From assembly GCA_050246815.1 (NCBI GenBank), contig JBFWVI010000047.1:1-22947 (forward strand): a stretch of 22,947 nucleotides of DNA. Reading direction: 5' to 3'. The translations under genes were made by a program, and so were the position numbers. This DNA is from Bdellovibrionales bacterium. Lineage in GTDB: Bacteria > Bdellovibrionota > Bdellovibrionia > Bdellovibrionales > UBA1609. The notes beneath the pieces were generated by a model that was not told the origin of the DNA, made no database searches, and saw only the letters and a list, made by a program, of their open reading frames with translations. Below are positions 15,793-22,947 of the stretch, in pieces (position 1 is the stretch's first letter; each line of letters starts with the position of its first letter).

Positions 15793-17697
15793 GTGAAGTG
15801 GTTAAAAGCAATTTTAGTGGTTCAACTCGCTTTCGCGATGTATTGGTCCTCGCCCAGGGCATGGTCGCAAGACGATGGCCTAACTGATGAAATCGAGGCC
15901 GCCGAAGGCGAAGAAAGCGACTTGGCAGAAGAAATCGTCGAAGAGGTCGCCCCTACAGATGCAGCCAATGCTGAAGCCGAAGAGGAGGATGTCAGCTTCG
16001 ATGATTTTGAAGAAAAAACTGAGCAAAAAGCAGAGGCCAAAGAGGTTCCTGCTGAGGAACCTGCTAGCAATGAAGAGATGACGCTTGAGCCTTTGCAGGG
16101 TGACGAGGATCAGGTCACCGATGTTCCTGAAGAACCAAAGAAAGAGCCCACACCTGAAGAGTTCACGCCTCCACCGCCAACGGTGGCGGAACCGTCGCCG
16201 ACCCCTACGCCCGAACCAAGCGTCTTGGATGATTCGCCAGACTTAGCGTTTGAGGCGCGGTTGCACGATATTTACCTGAATTATCACAGTAAAAAACTGA
16301 CGGATGAAGAATGGTCTCAGCTTTTGGGGTCGCGTGAGAGCGAAAGTTACACTATACAACGCGGTGATACGCTATGGAATATCAGCAAAACATTCTTTAA
16401 CGATGGAAATTATTGGCCGAAGATTTGGCAGTTGAATAGCGCGATCACCAACCCACACTTGATTCAGCCCGGAAACACGATTCGCTTCTTGCTTGGAACA
16501 GAATCCGACACGCCTGCCTTTGCTGTGACTGAGGCCAGCGATGAGCCCGTTGAAATGCCGGTGGGGGACGCTGGTGCCGCCGGACTAGAACCTGAAGGTG
16601 AAATTCCGAAACCTAAGGTGGCTTCAGGCAAAAACGTCAAAGGTGCCCCAAGCGATGAGGTGGAAATTCCACCGCCTAGTGAAGAGTACCGGCCTGTTTT
16701 AAAAAAAATCCCACCCAGCCTGCCAGAATGGTTTTTGCAGCGTCGAGGTGAATTGTATGACGATAGCGGCATCGATTATGGCCGTCGTCGGATCTTGGAT
16801 TTGCCAGACAAAAAGTATCTTGAAAGCTTTGTCGACGACGAAGATTTTAAGGCCGAGGGTGAAGTCAGTGAAATTGAGGGGGGTGGCAAAACTGCGGCGA
16901 ACTTCCAGTACGTGTTTTTGACGCTTCCATCCGGCCAAGGCAAAGCCGGCGATCAATACACGGTCATACGTAAAGCAGGGCAGCTGAAACGAGTGTCCAA
17001 AGAGGTGGCTACCTCTGCGGGTGATATGGGGTATCAGTATCAAGTTCAGGGCCAGGTGCGTTTGGAGGATCTGCTGTCTTCTTCATCCAGTGGGCGCGAT
17101 ATCTATCGTGCTTTTGTGGTTAAGAGCTTGGGGCAGATCGAGACGGGGTCCGTGGTGGTGCGGGGCACCTTGCCGACTTTAAGTTTGAAATCAGATGGTC
17201 CTAAAACTGACATTCAGACGCAAATTGTGGGTGCACACCAAATCAGTGAGCAGAAAACTCTGTCACTTCATAGTCTGGCCTACCTGGCGGGCGGTGCCGC
17301 CGAGGGTCTGCAATTGGGACAGATTCTCACAGTGCGGGCCAATACTCGAGTTCGTAATTCGACATCCATTATCAAAGAGTCCTACATTCCCGTGGGAATG
17401 CTGAAAGTGGTTCGAGTGGGAGAAAAATTTACGACCGCCATCGTGTTGAAGGTTTGGGATGCGATTTTTGTGGGTGATGTGACGGGTGCGGGTAAAGTGG
17501 TGCCGCCTGAGCCCCCTGAGCGACGTGGTCAAAATGCAAAAACCACGGCAAAAGCAGCACCTGTCGCAGATGACATGAATGAAAATTTCGACGCCGAACT
17601 TGATGGTGAATTGGATGAGGATGATTTTGGCGGGGATGCCGAAGAGCCGGCTCAAAGTGATGACACCTTTGAGGATTTCGAGGGGTTGGACGAATAG
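15793..17697 (+). CDS. LysM peptidoglycan-binding protein, TsaP-like (type IV pilus secretin-associated), with acidic/Pro-rich extensions
   Basis: Signal peptide; LysM YTIQRGDTLWNISKTFFNDGNYWPKIWQLNSAITNPHLIQPG (about 16348-16488); C-terminal beta domains (…VGMLKVVRVGEKFTTAIVLK…IFVGD); position directly upstream of dprA is a known synteny for this family. Confidence 0.8.
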   Translation: MKWLKAILVVQLAFAMYWSSPRAWSQDDGLTDEIEAAEGEESDLAEEIVEEVAPTDAANAEAEEEDVSFDDFEEKTEQKAEAKEVPAEEPASNEEMTLEPLQGDEDQVTDVPEEPKKEPTPEEFTPPPPTVAEPSPTPTPEPSVLDDSPDLAFEARLHDIYLNYHSKKLTDEEWSQLLGSRESESYTIQRGDTLWNISKTFFNDGNYWPKIWQLNSAITNPHLIQPGNTIRFLLGTESDTPAFAVTEASDEPVEMPVGDAGAAGLEPEGEIPKPKVASGKNVKGAPSDEVEIPPPSEEYRPVLKKIPPSLPEWFLQRRGELYDDSGIDYGRRRILDLPDKKYLESFVDDEDFKAEGEVSEIEGGGKTAANFQYVFLTLPSGQGKAGDQYTVIRKAGQLKRVSKEVATSAGDMGYQYQVQGQVRLEDLLSSSSSGRDIYRAFVVKSLGQIETGSVVVRGTLPTLSLKSDGPKTDIQTQIVGAHQISEQKTLSLHSLAYLAGGAAEGLQLGQILTVRANTRVRNSTSIIKESYIPVGMLKVVRVGEKFTTAIVLKVWDAIFVGDVTGAGKVVPPEPPERRGQNAKTTAKAAPVADDMNENFDAELDGELDEDDFGGDAEEPAQSDDTFEDFEGLDE

Positions 17698-17746
17698 ATT
17701 CGGCTTCCGGATACGGACGGGGTGAAGGACAAGAAATCGACTTATT

Positions 17747-17781
17747 AAAGAAACCCTGGTTTTTGCAGCGGGGTTTTCTTT
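17747..17781 (+). terminator. Terminator-like hairpin immediately before the dprA start codon
   Basis: GAAACCCTG (17750-17758) / CGGGGTTTT (17769-17777) stem running into TTTTCTTT, then ATG 17782. Confidence 0.55.
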
Positions 17782-18666
17782 ATGGATTGGCGTTTTGACT
17801 TAGCTTTGCTGTTACAAAGTGTTTTGGATTTGGGTCTGTCTGAATTGTCAGAAAGTTTGCAACGACGGCCGCAAGATTTAAATGAAGCTTTGGACTTTTT
17901 AGCGACGGATCAAAAGTCAGATTTGATCCGCCAAACTCACAACATTAATCACCAAAAACAAAAACAGTGGCTGCTGCAAAACAACGTTCGACTTTGTCTT
18001 TACTCGGAGTCCGATTACCCGCGAGTCATGTTGGATTGGTCGCATGCGCCTCAGGCACTTTGGTACTTAGGCGCACCAGTGTGGAATCAAAGACCCAGTG
18101 TGGCCGTGGTTGGCAGTCGCAATCCGAGTACAAATAGTGCCCAATGGATGAACTGGCGTTTAATGCAGTTTTTAAAGTCTCGCCCCGCAACCGTGGTAAG
18201 CGGCGGCGCTCGCGGAGTCGATCAATTGGCTCATTGGCTTGCCATCCGTGAAAAAATACCTACGGTGGCCCTGATGCCCGTGGGCTTGCAATATCGTTAT
18301 CCACCAGATTTTTTTCGAATGGAACCCTCGATTTTAAACGGGGGAGGAGCTATTTTGAGTCCATTTCGGCCTGATTGGCCCTTGTATAAAGCCAATTTCG
18401 CCCGCCGCAACCAAGTGATTGCGGCGTTATCTCAAATCACTCTGGTGGTGGAGGCCCGCCGCCGCAGCGGCACTTTGCTCACGGCCAAGGCCGCGATAAA
18501 TCTTGATCGTCCTATCGGTGTGTTGCCGTGCTCGCCAATGAGTGCCCAGGGGTTGGGCGGGCTTGATTTGCTGTGTGAAAGCGAGGCTTCAGTTTTAATT
18601 CGCGACGACAAAGATTTGATTTTGTTGTGGGATCGAACAAGCGGCAGTCAGGGGCGAATATGCTGA
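17782..18666 (+). CDS. dprA: DNA processing protein DprA (Smf)
   Basis: YSESDYP, PQALWYLG, VAVVGSR, VVSGGARGVD, NFARRNQVIAALS, VVEARRRSGTLLTA. Ends after the Rossmann-fold domain, with no C-terminal winged-helix. Confidence 0.93.
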   Translation: MDWRFDLALLLQSVLDLGLSELSESLQRRPQDLNEALDFLATDQKSDLIRQTHNINHQKQKQWLLQNNVRLCLYSESDYPRVMLDWSHAPQALWYLGAPVWNQRPSVAVVGSRNPSTNSAQWMNWRLMQFLKSRPATVVSGGARGVDQLAHWLAIREKIPTVALMPVGLQYRYPPDFFRMEPSILNGGGAILSPFRPDWPLYKANFARRNQVIAALSQITLVVEARRRSGTLLTAKAAINLDRPIGVLPCSPMSAQGLGGLDLLCESEASVLIRDDKDLILLWDRTSGSQGRIC

Positions 18667-18675
18667 GGTCAGGTT

Positions 18676-19206
18676 CTATGGGCCAAAGACATCGGCAATT
18701 CCGATCACTAAAAAAACTTCGGCTTTGTGGTCTTTGTTTTCCATAAAGGCCGAAGTGGGAAGATCAAATTCAATTTCTTGTTTATTGGGGTCATATGTCG
18801 ACGGAATCGGGAACATTTCATTCGAAGATGCATAGTAGTAAACGGTGTAAACTTTGTCATCGGGTAGCTTCTTCGTCTCTGAATTTTTAACCTTGAGCGT
18901 AGCGGCAATGGATTTTCCGCCGGGTAAGTTTGGCAGCTGAATTTCAACAACATCGTCGGTTTCGGCCGGTTCAAACTGCAGCCCTTTTTTGGATTCATGC
19001 ACGGCCTTCATAACTGTTTTATTTGCAATACGCTGAAAGGTGACCTTTTGGCCTAACAGCTCCTTTTGTAACTTAAAATCAAGCGAACCGAGATCCTTAG
19101 CTTGAATTTTCGTTGCCCCTTTTTTAGGAATTAAAAATTCTTCGCCAAACGCCAGATTGGTGAAAAGCAGAATCAGAGGTGTGAATTTAAACAATAAGCA
19201 AGGCAT
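18676..19206 (-). CDS. Secreted hypothetical protein
   Basis: 176 aa; strong SD GGAGGGG; signal peptide MPCLLFKFTPLILLFTNLAFG; beta-rich-looking mature part. Confidence 0.7.
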   Translation of the reverse strand: MPCLLFKFTPLILLFTNLAFGEEFLIPKKGATKIQAKDLGSLDFKLQKELLGQKVTFQRIANKTVMKAVHESKKGLQFEPAETDDVVEIQLPNLPGGKSIAATLKVKNSETKKLPDDKVYTVYYYASSNEMFPIPSTYDPNKQEIEFDLPTSAFMENKDHKAEVFLVIGIADVFGP

Positions 19207-19228
19207 TTTCCCCTCCGCTAATCTAGAC

Positions 19229-20344
19229 TTAAGAGTGTTGAGCCCGTTTCATGGCCCAGACTGCAAAGCCACAAAAGATAACGTTGACCCCCCAAATCGC
19301 GACTGGCGCGGGCACACTTTGATTGCGCGCCAACCCCTCGGCGGTCACATAAAGTACCCAGTAACCAATAATTACGATTAAACTAAGCACCATGCCACTG
19401 GAGCGTGCCAGACGACGGTTGGTGGTGGTGCCAAGTCCCACGCCGACAAAAGCAAAAATCAAGCAGGCCAAAGACAGGGCCCAGCGGCGCTGGCGCTCCA
19501 CTTCCATTTTGACTCTTTGTTTGGGTTCTAAGTCAGATTTTTTTAGGGCGTGGTTGAGTTCGTTGATGCTCATCGAGGGTAGTGATTTGCTTTTTTCTGA
19601 CAAATCAACGGGGTCAAACAAATTGATGTCGTAAGTGCTAAAATCAATTTTGGTGTAGTTGTCTTGCTGGGTGCGATGAATACTGCCATCGACCAGCTGC
19701 AAATGAGCGCGGTCGCCGCTGCGTGGATCAGCGTCTCGAATCAAGCGGCCTTCGCGGGCGATAATGGTGAGTGGTGATTGGGGGTCGCGTTCATCGAAGA
19801 TAAAAACTTTTGAAAGAAGTCCGGCTTTAGAGTCCACTTGGTTGGCGTAAACCACCAGGTCAAAAAAGCCTTCAGAAAAAACCCCCTCCTTGATAGTGGC
19901 GCCGGCTTTGAGTCGTCCCAACTCATTGATCAGTACTTCGAATTGGCGGTTACCCCAGGGGGCCAGATAAAATGAGGTGTGGGCCGAAGCAAAGGTCGCC
20001 ATGGCACCCACAATCAGGGCGGGAATTGTCAGATGAATCAGATTTAAGCCCAAAGCCTTCATGGCGACGATTTCTGCATCGCTACTTAATCGGCCATAGG
20101 TCAATAAAATGGCGAACAGCAAGCTCATGGGTAGGATGACTGGTAAAAAACTAACAGCCAAGTAGACCATGATTTGGCCAATGGTTTGAAAGCTGACGCC
20201 ATGAACCAGGACGAACTCGGTCAGGCGTAAGGCTTGAAACATCAGCAAGATGAATAAAAAAACGGCCACGCCGATAACAAAGCTCGGCAGCGTCTCGATC
20301 AAAATATATTTAATCGCTAGGCGCCCTCGAGCCAGTTCGCTCAT
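19229..20344 (-). CDS. lptF: LPS export ABC transporter permease LptF
   Basis: YjgP/YjgQ pattern: three N-terminal TMs, LPMSLLFAILLTYGRLSSDAEIVAMKALG, periplasmic domain (EGVF…IIAREG…LVDGSIH), three C-terminal TMs; ATGA overlap with the upstream gene. F versus G assignment is by resemblance. Confidence 0.85.
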   Translation of the reverse strand: MSELARGRLAIKYILIETLPSFVIGVAVFLFILLMFQALRLTEFVLVHGVSFQTIGQIMVYLAVSFLPVILPMSLLFAILLTYGRLSSDAEIVAMKALGLNLIHLTIPALIVGAMATFASAHTSFYLAPWGNRQFEVLINELGRLKAGATIKEGVFSEGFFDLVVYANQVDSKAGLLSKVFIFDERDPQSPLTIIAREGRLIRDADPRSGDRAHLQLVDGSIHRTQQDNYTKIDFSTYDINLFDPVDLSEKSKSLPSMSINELNHALKKSDLEPKQRVKMEVERQRRWALSLACLIFAFVGVGLGTTTNRRLARSSGMVLSLIVIIGYWVLYVTAEGLARNQSVPAPVAIWGVNVIFCGFAVWAMKRAQHS

Positions 20345-21240
20345 AGCGGTGCTTGATAAGTGGCGGCGGCTTCCGGTGAGCCGATGGCTTTGCGAACACC
20401 AATGGCCATCTTGAGCAAAGCCTCAAGGTTATTGATGTTCAGTTGAGAAGCTGCATCACATTTAGCTGACATTGGATCAGGGTGATTTTCCAAGAACAGC
20501 ATATCCGCGCCTGCAGCCACTGCCGCTAAGGTTAGATGCGGGATAAAACGAGGCTCACCGCCGGCTGGGTCTGCACTAGAAATGCCGTAAAGACGAATCA
20601 CATGGGTGGCGTCAAAACAAACTGGCGCGCCAAGCTGTTGCATCACTGGGATCGAACGCATATCGGCGACCAATCGATTGTAGCCAAAGCAGGCTCCGCG
20701 CTCGGTCAAAAGCACGTTTTGATTGCCTGTGGAGCGCAACTTTGAAACCGCACTATCCATTGTTTCGGGTGCTAAAAACTGGCCTTTTTTGACGTTCACA
20801 GGACGACCGGTTTCACCACAAGCCAAAACCAAAGAAGTCTGTTGGCACATGTAGGCGGGAATTTGCAAAACATCGACGTAATCGGCCACCATCTTGACGT
20901 CTTCCACGCGGTGGATGTCGGTTAAGACCGGCACACCAAACTCATCGCGTACACCTTTGAGAATTTTTAAGCCTTCTTCGGCCATTGGGCCGCGCCAGTT
21001 TTTCTCGGAGCCGCGGTTGTCTTTCTCGTAGCTGCTTTTGAAGATCAAGGGCACACCTAAACGTTGCGTGATGTCGACCAGGCGACGTGCGGTGGTCATG
21101 ATCAGTTCTTTGCTGTCGATCACGCAAGGGCCTGCGATCAAGGCCAAAGGCTTGCCTTGTCCGGCGCTTACTTTTTGGCGAGCGGAAGTCACATTGAATT
21201 GGCGTGGTGGAAGCGTGATGGTTTCGATTCGCTGTTTCAT
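20341..21240 (-). CDS. kdsA: KDO8P synthase (KdsA) family protein, metal-dependent type, divergent motifs
   Basis: LIAGPCVI, LTDIH, LQIPA, VNVKKGQF, LTERG..FGY, FDATH, ENHPDP..A.CD; SD TAAGGAG. The KANRS motif reads KDNRG. Confidence 0.88.
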   Translation of the reverse strand: MKQRIETITLPPRQFNVTSARQKVSAGQGKPLALIAGPCVIDSKELIMTTARRLVDITQRLGVPLIFKSSYEKDNRGSEKNWRGPMAEEGLKILKGVRDEFGVPVLTDIHRVEDVKMVADYVDVLQIPAYMCQQTSLVLACGETGRPVNVKKGQFLAPETMDSAVSKLRSTGNQNVLLTERGACFGYNRLVADMRSIPVMQQLGAPVCFDATHVIRLYGISSADPAGGEPRFIPHLTLAAVAAGADMLFLENHPDPMSAKCDAASQLNINNLEALLKMAIGVRKAIGSPEAAATYQAPL

Positions 21241-21319
21241 GATTTTAGGCTCCTTATGGCCGACCCATGGGTCTTTATGCTGCTATGCAAGAAGGACTAG
21301 ACTCTACCCCGAATTGGGC

Positions 21320-21347
21320 TTCAAGTCCACTCTGGTCAAGGTATACT
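21320..21347 (+). promoter_or_regulatory. Putative sigma70 promoter of the pseudo-receiver gene
   Basis: TTCAAG-N16-TATACT, ending 10 nt before ATG 21358; no SD. Confidence 0.45.
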
Positions 21348-21357
21348 TAAAGCCATC

Positions 21358-22095
21358 ATGTTGCGCATTCTGCTGGTTGTCGATGATTACGGTGAGCTGC
21401 TGTTTCTGCAAACCTTGCTTAAAAAACTGGGTTTTGATGTGGATGGCATTCAAAATGAACGAAGTTTTGAAGAGTCCTTTTTAGCTCTGAATCCGGATGT
21501 GATTATTGCCACCGCCCAAGGTAAAAAAGTCGATGGTATAGGGTTGGCGGAGTCGATTCGTAAAGTGCGTGGCATACCCAAAATCGTGTTGTTGGCAGGA
21601 GGCCCCATGCTGGATCGACTGCAAAGCATGGTTGTGCCCAGTGTCGATGGGGTTTTAGAAAGCCCCGTGAGTGCCTCGCGTCTTTTGGGGGTCATTGCTC
21701 AATTGGGAGGTTTGGATCCAGCTGTTTTGTTGGACAAATACCGTAAACTCAAAGCCACCTTGTCACCTGAGCGCGAGGCCGATCTGCAGATCTTGCAACG
21801 CGACGATGAGGGCACATTAGATATGGGGCAAACGCTTTCAGCCCCATTGTCTGCCGAGAAGGCCGCCACCGTCAAAAAGACCTCTTCGGAAGAAGCCCGT
21901 CAGCAGCGTTTTCAAAACACGCTCAAGCAGATTGAAAAGCCCAAGGCCGAACGTTTTGAACGTCAGCGCATACAACAGTTCACCAAAGAAATTCGTGCCG
22001 ATGAGGATCCTGAAGACTCTGCCGAGCTTGAGGCTGAGCGGCGTTCGTTTGTGAAAGAAATGTTCAAAAAGGCGAAGGCCAGTGGTCGTCGATAG
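21358..22095 (+). CDS. Atypical response regulator (pseudo-receiver domain plus charged helical C-terminus)
   Basis: Receiver-fold pattern RILLVVDD…LGFDV…PDVIIAT…DGIGLAESIRK…PKIVLLA…DGVLESPV; no DNA-binding output domain evident. Confidence 0.75.
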   Translation: MLRILLVVDDYGELLFLQTLLKKLGFDVDGIQNERSFEESFLALNPDVIIATAQGKKVDGIGLAESIRKVRGIPKIVLLAGGPMLDRLQSMVVPSVDGVLESPVSASRLLGVIAQLGGLDPAVLLDKYRKLKATLSPEREADLQILQRDDEGTLDMGQTLSAPLSAEKAATVKKTSSEEARQQRFQNTLKQIEKPKAERFERQRIQQFTKEIRADEDPEDSAELEAERRSFVKEMFKKAKASGRR

Positions 22096-22104
22096 AGCGG
22101 GGCT

Positions 22105-22947
22105 TTAGCGGCTTTTGCGACGGCCGAAGAAGCGATTGACCACAGTTGAAAACTCCGTGAAAGTGTCGCTTCGTGATTTTAAACGATTGCGCACGACAGC
22201 TAAATCGCGGCGAGCTTCGACGAAATTAGCATCTAAAATAAGCGCGTGCTTCAGATTACTGCGCGCGCGCTCAAGATCACCTAACTGCAGGTAAAAAAGT
22301 CCTTTTGAATAGAAGTAGGGCGCTGAGTGACGATCTTCGGGCGGAACTTTATTCAGCATTTCACTGATGGAGGTCAAAAATTTTTCAACCTTTTGATCGG
22401 GTGCGCCCACTTTCATCTTCGACCAAGTCAGATAGATAAAAAGATCAGAGCGGTGTTGGCGCTGGGTAGCCAATTTGGCAAAGATGTCCAAGGCTAGTTG
22501 GTACTTGCCTTTGCGTAGGTGCGATAAGCCTTGCTCGAAAAGACTTTCGTTTTGCAAAACCTTTTCTGCCGATCCTTCGTTCACCTCGCGGGCGTACGTC
22601 GCGCGCTTTTCTGTGTCCTTTAAAATGTCATAGGCTTGGGTGATGCGTGCGAAATACTGTTCGGTCAACTTGCGTAATTCCTCAGGTGCATCGCGTTCGA
22701 TGCGATCCGGATGGAAGTTTTTGGCTAGTTCCATGTAGTTGCGGTTGATCTCACGTTCGCTGGCCTTTGGCGCGACACCCAAGATTTGAAAGTGATCACG
22801 ATTGACTGCTTCGGCCAGAATTTTTTTGATGCGTTTGATGCGGCGAGCGGCGTCTTCAACCGAAGTGCGTCGAGAACCGAAGTGCACCAGCTTTTCCAGC
22901 GCTAAAAGATGCAGGATCGGATAAAGTTTTTCTTCACTCATATCCGG
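22105..22947 (-). CDS. J-domain (DnaJ-type) plus TPR protein, probably 5'-truncated by the window edge
   Basis: DHFQILGV…YMELAKNFHPD…FARITQAYDILKD..KRATY J-domain with HPD; C-terminal TPRs (YSKGLFYLQLGDLERARSNLKHALILD). Frame stays open upstream of ATG 22941 (CCG GAT) to the window end. Confidence 0.85.
   Translation of the reverse strand, partial: PDMSEEKLYPILHLLALEKLVHFGSRRTSVEDAARRIKRIKKILAEAVNRDHFQILGVAPKASEREINRNYMELAKNFHPDRIERDAPEELRKLTEQYFARITQAYDILKDTEKRATYAREVNEGSAEKVLQNESLFEQGLSHLRKGKYQLALDIFAKLATQRQHRSDLFIYLTWSKMKVGAPDQKVEKFLTSISEMLNKVPPEDRHSAPYFYSKGLFYLQLGDLERARSNLKHALILDANFVEARRDLAVVRNRLKSRSDTFTEFSTVVNRFFGRRKSR

Overview
Gene-dense bacterial chromosomal region with no mobile elements, CRISPR arrays or rRNA/tRNA genes that I can support. 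The protein sequences and gene order resemble predatory Bdellovibrionota (Bdellovibrio-like); this taxonomy is inference, not verified. From the left, the minus strand carries TPR protein - efp - TPR protein - tamB - Omp85/BamA-type gene (runs off the window and is missed by the ORF track). Next come ruvC-ruvA-ruvB, a secreted protein with glycine-zipper hydrophobic segments, a small lipoprotein, lpxC and ald. A DNA-uptake-type locus follows: comEC split into two overlapping ORFs, divergent from a CpoB-like TPR gene, a TsaP-like LysM gene and dprA. The right end holds a secreted hypothetical gene, lptF, a KdsA-family gene with altered sugar-phosphate-binding motifs, a pseudo-receiver gene and a probably truncated J-domain/TPR gene. 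The most notable signals are the split comEC behind a sigma54-type promoter, the non-canonical KdsA, a perfect 13-bp hairpin covering the ald ribosome-binding site, the candidate membrane-active secreted protein, a sigma28-type promoter on the lipoprotein, and several apparently leaderless genes.
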